From: Zygnema circumcarinatum SAG 698-1b
Lineage: Eukaryota; Plantae; Zygnematophyceae
Assembly (NCBI GenBank): GCA_037447605.1
Contig: CM074815.1
Coordinates: 682,001 to 746,000 of the forward strand
Length of the DNA: 64,000 nt
Reading direction: 5' to 3'
In this document: piece by piece, positions 1 through 23,491 of the stretch
Numbering within the stretch: position 1 is the stretch's first letter
How the letters are laid out: each line of letters begins with the position of its first letter
Notes under the pieces: generated by a model
What the model saw: only the letters and a program-made list of their open reading frames with translations
Databases searched by the model: none
Told to the model about the DNA's origin: nothing
Program-made: the position numbers and the translations under genes

Positions 1-41
1 AAGTGATCAAAATGGCTAAGGGTTCTAGCCCTAGTTTTTAC

Positions 42-1623
42 CTTGAGTTTCGTTTTTGAGCATTTGAGGGTGGAGTCGGCCTGGCCCGCGTCTTCGTGTC
101 GACGAGCATTGTTTTTTTTTGAGCTCCATTTGTGGCAAGTCTTAATTCGTCGATAACGCCAACAACCCAAACTCCCTCGACCAATCCCACGCTGCCACGT
201 CACCCCGCAATCGATAAGCCACCGAATCAACTTCTGGCACCTCCACAAGAAGTCAAATTTTTCCTTCAAATTGCTTTCTTCCCTCCCCCTTGAATCGCAT
301 TGAGACTTACACAAAAAGCTCGCGTGTGACTCCTTCTTCTTGGAGCTGCTGAAGGCGAGTGCAGGCAGAGAGGAAGCGGAGGGCCCACGCCTCCTCCCGC
401 GTGTGAACTTCCACTTCCACTTTCTCCACAACCTGCACATCAATCTCCTATTATGCACACAAATATCTTCTCATTTGCGACATTCTACAACAAGGAAGGA
501 AAACGATGAGATTATCTCTGTTTTAAGGTTAAGCTGCCCACCTCGTCTTCCAGCTGAGCGTGCCGAGCAGTCCCGGCAGCCATGGCTTGAGTGGGTGGAG
601 GAGCGCCGCGTGTCAGCTTGTACTCCACCTGCTTCTCGCACCACTCCTGGATACCTGCACACCTGAACTGCTTTAATTTCTTTCTTTACTTTCCCTTTCT
701 GTTCTTGACTATTCTCTTGTCGTTTCCCCGTGTTTGGAAAGGCAAGGGCTGGTAGATATCTGGCTTGCGACGTATTGTAACTTTTGTGAAGCCCTAAGTT
801 GTTCAGGGTTCATAACTCTACAATAATTTCAGCATTACGATTTCAGGTCGTCGTACAGTTTCGTTACCTCTAAATCTGTTCTGCCGCAAGAATGAATGAA
901 ACCTTTTCAGCTTCCAGAAATTCAAATCTTTTAGCGTATTTGATGTTTTCAAGGCTAATAGTTGATGTCAACAATGTCAAAACGTGATGCGGAGCTTAGC
1001 TTCCATCGGCGACATACCGAGCCCGTGATGTCGGTCACTGCCAGTCCCCTTCTTCTGCGGAACCGAAGCAGAGGGGCGGCAGCTATGTCCCTATCCAACC
1101 CCTCTCCCACCCCCTCTCCCACTCCCTCTCGCTCAGGCCCCTCCCTCCTCCCCCCCCCTTCTGACTCTAATCCCACCCCCGTCCCTCCGTTCCCTCCATT
1201 ACTTCCGGAAGATTCCTCTCTTCCAGACCTCCATGACTGAACGCCATGACACACCTTCCCCCTTTCTAATCCGAACCCTAACCCTAACTCTAACCCTAAT
1301 CCTGACCCTAGCCCTATTTTTTCCACCTGCTTCGCGATGCCTGCGTGTTTCCTCAACCACACATGCGATTCTTCCTCTTTTCCAGATGCAACCCTGCCGA
1401 ATCTCATTTCGAGGTCCTCTATGTCTCCCGCCATGCCTGCCGGCCTTGCAGCTAGGGCTACCATGCTCGCGCTGCCGAGCATACGACTGCCACGTGTCGA
1501 CGCCCGAGCGCCTTTCAGAAGCATTCTTCTAGAAGCCTCCAGCAGCGCTTCCTCCACAGCAGCCATCTCCTCCTCCGAGACGAGCTCGAAGGGTACCTCC
1601 ACGGGGGCCATGGCCGGCGCCAT
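42..1623 (-). CDS. EXO5: Exonuclease V (EXO5/Dem1-like Fe-S nuclease), multi-exon, 3' part continues beyond window start
   Basis: Exons ~1623-1327, 1236-1018, 646-542, 432-311 and 191-42 join in phase at GT-AG sites. They give VPFELVSEEEMAAV...LLRFRRRRGLAVTDITGS|EWCEKQVEY...AMAAGTARHAQLEDE|VVEKVEV...EAWALRFL...GVTRELFV|VGLVEGVWVVGVIDELR...LVDTKTR, matching plant EXO5 motifs I recall. Start ATG is 1623 or 1611. Confidence 0.92.
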
Positions 1624-1701
1624 GGCTGGCCCAGTAGCGCCGCGCCCTGCTTCCGAGAAACCCTAACAAACCCCGAGCGCAGGGAACGGCAGTTGCAGTT
1701 G

Positions 1702-2051
1702 AAATGGTTTATTCTGCCCTCCCAGCGAATCAATCGTCCGTGATTGGGCGAGCGACGGCCGGGCACCTGAAAATCTTTCTGATCCTCCGTCGCCGCGATT
1801 CCGATCAGGTGGAGCCCCGGTACGGCGTCACGTCGCGCGTACCGTACGGCAGCATTCCCCCGCCGCGGTGGCGCCACCTGTCCATCCTTACAGTCTTATC
1901 CACAGGGGAGATGAGGTAGGCGCATAGCCCGACATTTTGGGCCACACCTTTCTCTTGCGGGCAGCTCGCTGCCAAACTTAAGCTGCCCGGCCGGCGCTCG
2001 CCCAATCGCGGACGCTTGCCTCGCGTATAGGGCAGCCTGTATTTCGTTTGG
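1702..2051 (+). mobile_element. Truncated copy of the 92-bp-period repeat family (element A)
   Basis: Near-identical to ~3456-3801 and to the reverse complement of part of 31810-32150. Contains a direct motif at 1735 and an inverted motif ending at 2014. Confidence 0.85.
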
Positions 2052-2156
2052 AGTGGACTTGGGTGTCACAACTGAAATCGGTCCAAACCTGAATACAAAG
2101 AACGCGAAACTGAATCAGCCTATTTTTTGGAAAGGGCAGACACACTAGACACACTA

Positions 2157-2313
2157 GGGGGTGTCAGACTTAACAAAATCTTACGAAAAGCGTTACGAAA
2201 AAAAAGGTTACGAAAGTACTCCGCCGCAGGAGGATTGCGATTATACTGGAGTACTCGTTCTGATGTCAAACTTACGAACACGCGTACTGAAATTTTTTAA
2301 GTCTGACACCCCC
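2157..2313. mobile_element. 157-bp MITE with 17-bp perfect TIRs, TA-flanked
   Basis: GGGGGTGTCAGACTTAA ... TTAAGTCTGACACCCCC, with TA on both sides (2155-56, 2314-15). Confidence 0.8.
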
Positions 2314-2377
2314 TACTGTAGCGTGATTCAGAAAAAAAAACGGTCGAAAAAAGTAAAAGACAAAAAAGTTATGGCTA

Positions 2378-3110
2378 CCTAGCCAACCATTGCCAATGAC
2401 AACAACCATTGGACCATTAATTCCCACCCCACTCAACCATTGTCAATGGTTGCAACCATTGGCTGGCTTCCCAGCCAACCATTGCCAATAAATGCAACCA
2501 TTGGGCCAATGATTCCCGCCCCACCCAATCATTGCCAATGGTTGCAACCATTGGCTGGCTTCCCAGCCAACCATTGCCAATAACTGCAACCATTCGACCA
2601 TTGATTCCCGCCCCACCCAACCATTGGATCCAATGGTTGCAACCATTGGCTGGCTACCCAGCCAACCATTGTCAATAACTGCAACCATTCGACCATTGAT
2701 TCCCGCCCCACCCAACCATTGGATCCAATGGTTGCAACCATTGGCTGGCTATCCCGCCAACCATTGCCAATGACTGCAACCATTGGACCATTGATTCCCG
2801 CCCCACCCAACCATTGTCAATGGTTGCAACCATTGGCTGGCTTCCCAGCCAATCATTGCCCATATCTGCAACCATTGGTCCATTGATTCCCGCTCCCACC
2901 AAACCATTGCCAATGGTTGCAACCATTGGCTGGCTACCCAGCCAACCATTGCCAATAACTGCAACCATTGGGCCATTGATTCCCGCCCCACCCAACCATT
3001 GGATCCAATGGTTGCAACCATTGGCTGGCTTTCCAGCCAACCATTGCCTATGACTGCAACCATTGGACCATTGATTCCCGCCCCACCCAACCATTGGATC
3101 CAGTGGTTGG
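2378..3110. repeat. Palindrome-rich CAACCATTG minisatellite, ~92-95-bp unit, ~8 copies
   Basis: The anchor GATTCCCGCCCCA-like motif recurs about every 92-95 bp. Units contain the perfect palindromes CAACCATTGGATCCAATGGTTG and AATGGTTGCAACCATT. Confidence 0.95.
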
Positions 3111-3812
3111 CTGGATCGGGGAACCAACGGTTTGCAAATCGCGACCATTCCAATGGTTGATCCATCCCATGGTCCCTTGGCCCCGAATGTTTTCGGCTTC
3201 CCTTCCTTCGCGGACGTCCGCGATTGGATGAGCGTCGGCCGGGCAGCTGAAGTCTGGCAACGGGCAGATCGGAAATGGTTTTGGCTGCCCCAACCGTGAA
3301 GCAAACGTCCGCGATTGGGCGTGCGTCGTCCGGGCTGCTGAAGGTTTGGTCCGGGGCAGCCCTAAACTGTTTTCTGCTGCCTCGTCCTCGAAGCAAACGT
3401 CCGCGATTGGGCGAGCGTCGGCCGGGCAGCTCAAGATTGGCTCCGGGCAACATTCAAATGGTTTATTCTGCCCACGCAGCGAATCAATCGTCCGCGATTG
3501 GGCGAGCGACGGCCGGGCACCTGATAATCTTTCTGGTCCGTCGCCGCGATTCCGATCAGGTGGAGCCCCCGTACGTCGTCACGTCACGCGTACCGTACGG
3601 CAGCATTCCCCCGCCGCGGTGGTGCCACCTGTCCATCCTTACAGTCTTATCCACAGGGGAGATGAAGTAGGCGCGTGGCCCGCCAGTTTGGGCCACACCT
3701 TTCTCTTGCGGGCAGCTCGCTGCCAAACTTAAGCTGCCCGGCCGACGCTCGCCCAATCGCGGACGCTTGCCTCGCGTATAGGGCAGCCTGTATTTCGTTT
3801 GGGCTGCCCCGG
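3100..3812 (+). mobile_element. Element A core: four direct ~38-bp motifs at 91-92-bp spacing plus one inverted motif
   Basis: CGTCCGCGATTGGGCGAGCGTCGGCCGGGCAGCT-like motif at 3215, 3306, 3398 and 3489, with an inverted copy at ~3730-3765. The whole block is the reverse complement of ~31805-32490. Confidence 0.85.
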
Positions 3813-4014
3813 AGCTTGTCGCTTTCCATGAGCTTTGGTTACTGGAACGCTCCTCACGTTCTGTGGTCGCCGTTCCGTTCAAAACAATGATGTGCTCTTG
3901 GACAGGATATACTCTATGATACATCACGATATGATACGATACCGCACGATACGGTACAATCCGATACCATACACAATACGTACGATACGATATATGTGTA
4001 CACGGACATGTTGA

Positions 4015-4180
4015 GGTCCTTTTCGACCAGTTGTTCCTCGTGGTTCCCCATGCTGATGTTGTCCATGTACATTTGATGGCATCATCGCCATCGTGAGATC
4101 ATTGTGAGATCGTGTCATTTCACTCCCTACATGTCTTGTGCAATATGGACCAAAACAACATGGGGAACCACGAACTGGGC
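4015..4180 (-). other. Dispersed double-hairpin motif (copy 1) with an inverted partial second copy
   Basis: Minus strand reads CTCACGATGGCGATGATGCCATCAAATGTACATGG...GGAACCACGAGGA...GGTCGAAAAGGACC. Perfect 15-bp inverted repeat at 4038-4052/4159-4173. Homologous to ~45218-45325 and ~53353-53440. Confidence 0.7.
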
Positions 4181-4950
4181 CCTGAACCTTGAACCCTGCC
4201 CTGGACCCTGAACCCTGACCCTTGAACCCTGAACCCTGACCCCTGCTTCTAGCCTCTAGGGACCCCCCCCATTCGAACCTTGCATGTTCTTCACACCCCG
4301 TAGTGCTTGCGAGACCGCCTGGAGCTGGCGGCCGTACATCCCAGGACGGTTTGGTACACCCCAGCATGATTTCGTACCGTACAGTACATCCGAGGACTGT
4401 TTCGTTCATCTCCAGACGGTTTCGTACACTCGCGGATTCCCTGTACGAATGCCAGCCCCTCACATGGCAAAAATCAAACCCTTTTTTTTCGGTTCGATTT
4501 TTGCCACCAGCACAAGCGACAAAAGCTGGCCTTCATTTATGGCGGACCTAAAAAAGAGCTTTCAGAACTCCAATAAAAAAAAAAACTGCCCGTGGGCCAA
4601 AAGTCTCCCAATGCGTCCATACCGTACGGTATTATCCCCAAAACAAATTTCATGATTTGCCCCATGGCACAATCTTACTATTCACAACTTACACGAGGGA
4701 TGCTTGCCTTTCCTTCAAAAAAAAAATAACATTTGGCTCTGCCCGTTGCCCGACGATCGCGGAAAGTTTGTCGCGACCAGAAACGACGAAGTTTGGCGTG
4801 ACACAACGTGACGCGAAACTAGTGACGTGACGTGACGTGACGGAGCCTACCTTCCTGTTCCCTCCAAGACGGCCCTCTTGGCGGGATGGAGGGGGCAGCC
4901 ATGGCGGATTAGGGCTGCCTGCTCCGCCGGACGCTCGCCACTTGGCGGCC

Positions 4951-17512
<12,562 letters not shown>

Positions 17513-17648
17513 GGGGAGATGGGTGGGGCTGGTTGAAAATTGGCCCGGGAGGAGGTTCGATGTCTAGGTTGGCGGTGTCCTGTTCGTTTCGATCCCTTTA
17601 TCTTTGGGTGTCGGCTGTTGAGGCGTGTGTGAGAGAGAGAGAGAGGGA

Positions 17649-17757
<109 letters not shown>

Positions 17758-19814
17758 CTCAGGGGAAGGGGGAAGGGAAAGGTTAGGTTATAGTGTTACA
17801 AATGGTCGCAATCTTGGTGTTTCTGTAAATTTATCACGCCTGTTTGTGCATACAAATAGAAGAGAGATCTTCCAAGTCTTTGTTCCCTTCGTCAAATGTT
17901 GTCACCACCACCATCATCGTCGTCGCCATGCCTTCACATCCGAGCATGCATGCATGCCCCATTGCAAAACCACAAACAGGAGGGCCGCCGGCTTTCCTCT
18001 CCTCACCTGCCAAACGGAGTCCCTCTGTGAGGGTTTTGGAAATTGAGATTGGGTCGAAAACCTCCAACTGTAACTGGACGTCTTAACTGTTACTCAAATC
18101 ATCCAAATGGAACCTGTTTAACTAGCTCCGTTCGTGACTGTAACTTTGACTGTAACTGAGCATATGCAGGGAGTAGAAGATTCTAAACTGCACTAACCGA
18201 CAAAAGTAGGTCCACGCGTCCGCGACCCCCTGCAATCTTCGCACATGCGGACCGGCATTTCACCTGAGAACCGACAAGCGGCACGCCCTAAACGACAGAA
18301 AACCAGAGCTGAGTCAGCAGTGGCACGCCACGTGGAGGCCATCCATCTACTTTCCATTGCCAACGCGGCTCCAGTATTGACACGTATCAGGCCCTTTCTG
18401 CACGCGGCATCCGTCTAATGGCTGGATTCAGAAGTCCGTACAAAAGCTGTTGCTGCTCGATTGGTCACGTCACAGATCTGTACAAAAATCCGTATACAGT
18501 CGTACGAAACATGTACTATTCGTACGGATTCAAAAGCGTACGGACAAAGCGGCTCGCCTCCCCCTCCAGTTCAAATGGACAGCTGTCGCTGTATACAGTA
18601 CCGTGAATTGCCTCTCTCTCTCTCTCTTCCTCTCTCCCCCTCTCTCGCTCTCTCTCTCTCTTTCTCTCTCTCTCTCTACATTTTCACTGTGTGGCTCGCT
18701 TCCTTTGTTCATCGCCCTCAAAATATTACTGAACTAGATTAAGAATTTCATTGCTTTTCCCCCTCCTTCTGTTGGTTCGAGGAGTGGGCGCGAGCAGACG
18801 AGGTAAAGCGACTTCCCTCAGATACGCACTTTTAATTGTGGGGAAGCACTGAATGAAGATTTTTATTTCATTTTCTGGCTCCATTTAATTCTTGCGCTGC
18901 GATTTTTCCTCGTCTACGAAGCTAAACGCGCGGCGCATGTTCTTTTTGTTTTTTTGTGTGCTTGTCGGCCCATTTTCAATTCTCTATCCTTTTGGAATTT
19001 TTTGAATGGAAAATTTTGAAATTTGGATTTCATTCTTCAAACGTTCATTGAAGGTTTCCAACTCGATACGCTTTAATTAGCGCCGTCACTTGACAATCTC
19101 ATTGATGTCGCTTTCGTCTCTCTCTCTCTCTCTCTCTCTCTCCCTCTCTCTCTCTCTCTCATTATCGCTCTCCCTTTTTTCCCCGTCCCCCCCTTCAATC
19201 CCTTCCATCTTTTCCCGCTCTCCCCATCTCTTTCCTCCTATCTTCTCTCTCTTCATCTTCCCTCCCTTACTCTCCCCTCTCTTTCCTTCCCGAACTCTCT
19301 TTATTTTATATCCTCACCTCCCCGCCTTCTAATTCTGCTGCTGCCTTTCATTTTAATCCCTTCCACTCTCTCTCCCTCCCTCTCTCTCTCTCCCTTCCGC
19401 CCTCCCCCCCCCCCTCCCTGCCTCCGCCCCCCTGCCTCCCCCCTCCNNNNNNNNNNCTCCCTCTCCCTCTCTCCCTCTCTCCCATACTCCCTCTCTCTTT
19501 CTCTCCCTCACTCCCTTATTCCCTCTCTCCCTCTCCCTCTCTCCCCCTCTCCCTCTCTCCCTCTCCCTCACTCCCTTATTCCCTCTCTCCCTCTCTCCCT
19601 CTCTCCCTCACTCCCTTATTCCCACTCTCCCTCTCCCTCTCCTCCTCTCCCCCTCTCTCTCTCTCTTTCTCTCTCGCTCACTTTAGGCCCAAAGGCGGAA
19701 GAGGCCTCTTCTCTCTGCAGTCCTGTTTTCAAGAGCACAATGCCCAAATTTGCTGCATGGAGAATGGCTGTTCCGTTTAACGGATTCAGTTCGACGGAGG
19801 CGTTCGCTGTGCAG

Positions 19815-20231
19815 GCGAGTACGCTGTGCCCATAGCGACGGCGGGCGAGGACGCGGAGGAGATCCGGCGATCGGACGGCTCTAAAGCGCTCGTCAGCAAA
19901 TACATGCAACTCTGCGAACATGCCAAGGTCCGCCCCGCGCTCTCTCTCTATCTATTACTAGAAGAAATTTATAAGAAAAAGAAACTACTTTTTGGGTCCA
20001 GACATTGCTGGAAAATTTGCATAACAGGTTCGCAGGAAGAATGAGGGATTTTCTGCAGAAGAGAAGCAGAAAAAATTGCCGAGGATTTGCAGAATGTGTT
20101 TGCTGAAAATAATTACAGATGTAGGCTTTCCGTAAATTCGTTTGCATCCGGTGATGTGGTACGGATGTCTATACGGACATGTACGGAAATGCACGGAAAT
20201 GTAGGGATATGTACGTTTGAAAGGTCGCACT

Positions 20232-20271
<40 letters not shown>

Positions 20272-21293
20272 CTCCAAAAGTGATGTTTGTGTGTACGGAT
20301 GTGTGTGGGTATAAATGGGGTACAAATAATATTAATAATAATAATGCGAAGGTTTGGTTTTGCAGATCGCATGCGAGGGAGAAGTTGTCAGCGGTACTCT
20401 CAATTAGCCCTTCCTCTTTTTTAGGAAAGAAACCTTTAATTTTCAGTTTGTGAATTAATTATTTGAGGAAAAGCAAGTAAAAAAACATCATCAAAGCAAT
20501 CGCTTAAAAGCCAAAAATGAAAATTTTCTTCTTTTAAGCAAGAAAAACAATCAATTTGACGATTTTATTGATTTTTTTTATATCGCCAAAATGCTAGTTT
20601 CGCATTTCAGGCGATCCTGGAACTCACATTTGTGAAGAAGCCAAACGGATTGCTGCTGACGTCATCATTGTGGGGTCGCACGGATACGGCATCATCAAAA
20701 GGTAATTTTCAAAAAAATTAAAAAATCTCTTGTCGAAATGTTTGTAGCCGTGCTTTTATTTTCTTCACGTCTTTCCTCTGACTTCCGGTTGAAGCAGGTT
20801 TTGAATTTTTTTGCTCTTCCTCTCCCTCTCCCTATCCCCCTCTACCCTCTCTCTCACTGCATTCTCGCTCCCTGTGCCCCTCACCCTCCCTCTCAACTCT
20901 CTTCTTCTCCCTTTCTCCCACTCTCTCTCCCTCTCTCACTCCCTCTGCGGGCCCTGTGCAGGACGCTGCTGGGCAGCATCAGCGACTATGTGCTGCACCA
21001 CTCCCACGGTCCGCCCTCTCTCCCCTTCCCCTTCTCTCCCCCTCTCTCTCTCCCCCTCTCCCCCCCCCTTCGCCCTCCCCCCTCTCCCTCTCCCCCTCCC
21101 TCTCCCTCTCCTACCACCCTTTAAACCATTCCTATATATATACATTTGACTCTTTTCATTCGAATTCGAGCCCCTTTTTTCCCTTCCCTTTGCAGGCCCC
21201 GTCATCATTGTGCGCTATCCGAGCGGTTCGGAGCAGCCGGTCAACGCTGGTCAACGCCGTACGATCGTTATCGCCGTCGATGATTCCGACGAG
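19815..21293 (+). CDS. Universal stress protein (UspA-like) gene, partial; one complete C-terminal USP half followed by the start of a second USP domain
   Basis: Exons 19815-19927, 20366-20393, 20611-20701, 20962-21008 and 21196-21293 are all in phase: ...IACEGEVVSGDPGTHICEEAKRIAADVIIVGSHGYGIIKRTLLGSISDYVLHHSHGPVIIVRYP...RRTIVIAVDDSDE. GSxGxG and GS-DY motifs are typical of USP. 5' and 3' exons not located. Confidence 0.88.
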
Positions 21294-21608
21294 GTACGGA
21301 CGCATAGAATCAATACACAGCAATGCGGATTGTAATTTTACTTTTTCTATGCATTTAGTTTATAATTGTATTTTGTAAGAATTTCAGGATTTTTTTGATG
21401 GTTTTTGTAGAAATGTAGCCCTTCTTTGAAATTCAATTTTAATTTGCCATCTCTAGATTTTTCCTCCTGAGGCTGTTGTTGAAGCTGATAAAGGAACACG
21501 CTTCAAAGGATTATCGGCTCATTACCATACTTAACTCTCTTTCTCTCTCCCTCCTCCCTCTTTCCGTCCCTACCTCCCTCCCTCTCTCCCTCCCTCCCNN
21601 NNNNNNNN

Positions 21609-22057
21609 GATTCAGTTCGACGGAGGCGTTCGCTGTGCAGGCGAGTACGCTGTGCCCATAGCGACGGCGGGCGAGGACGCGGAGGAGATCCGGCGATCGG
21701 ACGGCTCTAAAGCGCTCGTCAGCAAATACATGCAACTCTGCGAACATGCCAAGGTCCGCCCCGCGCTCTCTCTCTATCTATTACTAGAAGAAATTTATAA
21801 GAAAAAGAAACTACTTTTTGGGTCCAGACATTGCTGGAAAATTTGCATAACAGGTTCGCAGGAAGAATGAGGGATTTTCTGCAGAAGAGAAGCAGAAAAA
21901 ATTGCCGAGGATTTGCAGAATGTGTTTGCTGAAAATAATTACAGATGTAGGCTTTCCGTAAATTCGTTTGCATCCGGTGATGTGGTACGGATGTCTATAC
22001 GGACATGTACGGAAATGCACGGAAATGTAGGGATATGTACGTTTGAAAGGTCGCACT

Positions 22058-22097
<40 letters not shown>

Positions 22098-23285
22098 CTC
22101 CAAAAGTGATGTTTGTGTGTACGGATGTGTGTGGGTATAAATGGGGTACAAATAATATTAATAATAATAATGCGAAGGTTTGGTTTTGCAGATCGCATGC
22201 GAGGGAGAAGTTGTCAGCGGTACTCTCAATTAGCCCTTCCTCTTTTTTAGGAAAGAAACCTTTAATTTTCAGTTTGTGAATTAATTATTTGAGGAAAAGC
22301 AAGTAAAAAAACATCATCAAAGCAATCGCTTAAAAGCCAAAAATGAAAATTTTCTTCTTTTAAGCAAGAAAAACAATCAATTTGACGATTTTATTGATTT
22401 TTTTTATATCGCCAAAATGCTAGTTTCGCATTTCAGGCGATCCTGGAACTCACATTTGTGAAGAAGCCAAACGGATTGCTGCTGACGTCATCATTGTGGG
22501 GTCGCACGGATACGGCATCATCAAAAGGTAATTTTCAAAAAAATTAAAAAATCTCTTGTCGAAATGTTTGTAGCCGTGCTTTTATTTTCTTCACGTCTTT
22601 CCTCTGACTTCCGGTTGAAGCAGGTTTTGAATTTTTTTGCTCTTCCTCTCCCTCTCCCTATCCCCCTCTACCCTCTCTCTCACTGCATTCTCGCTCCCTG
22701 TGCCCCTCACCCTCCCTCTCAACTCTCTTCTTCTCCCTTTCTCCCACTCTCTCTCCCTCTCTCACTCCCTCTGCGGGCCCTGTGCAGGACGCTGCTGGGC
22801 AGCATCAGCGACTATGTGCTGCACCACTCCCACGGTCCGCCCTCTCTCCCCTTCCCCTTCTCTCCCCCTCTCTCTCTCCCCCTCTCCCCCCCCCTTCGCC
22901 CTCCCCCCTCTCCCTCTCCCCCTCCCTCTCCCTCTCCTACCACCCTTTAAACCATTCCTATATATATACATTTGACTCTTTTCATTCGAATTCGAGCCCC
23001 TTTTTTCCCTTCCCTTTGCAGGCCCCGTCATCATTGTGCGCTATCCGAGCGGTTCGGAGCAGCCGGTCAACGCTGGTCAACGCCGTACGATCGTTATCGC
23101 CGTCGATGATTCCGACGAGGTACGGACGCATAGAATCAATACACAGCAATGCGGATTGTAATTTTACTTTTTCTATGCATTTAGTTTATAATTGTATTTT
23201 GTAAGAATTTCAGGATTTTTTTGATGGTTTTTGTAGAAATGTAGCCCTTCTTTGAAATTCAATTTTAATTTGCCATCCTCAGATT
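21609..23285 (+). other. Apparently identical direct duplicate (offset 1826 bp) of ~19783-21460, including the USP exons
   Basis: All ORF-track entries repeat with identical peptides at +1826. The duplicate starts right after the 10-N gap (21599-21608) and ends just before the 100-N gap. Confidence 0.9.
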
Positions 23286-23491
23286 TTTCCCGAGGCCGTT
23301 GTTGAAGATAACAATGCAACCGNNNNNNNNNNNNNNNNNNNNNNNNNNNNNNNNNNNNNNNNNNNNNNNNNNNNNNNNNNNNNNNNNNNNNNNNNNNNNN
23401 NNNNNNNNNNNNNNNNNNNNNNGAGGGAGTCACAGACCATTTCCACTGAAACAGATCGGATTGACCGTCACTCGCGTCTGCTATCTTGCAG

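Noticed and set aside
2417-3453. ORFs with MGGAGINGPMVAVIGNGW repeats (also 32.3-35.1 kb)
   Set aside because: Several frames are open because of the minisatellite. There are no splice signals or domain, and copies are frameshifted relative to each other.
3205-3530. CRISPR array
   Set aside because: The spacers are homologous to each other and identical in role across dispersed copies, there are no cas genes, and the context is eukaryotic. It is a diverged tandem repeat.
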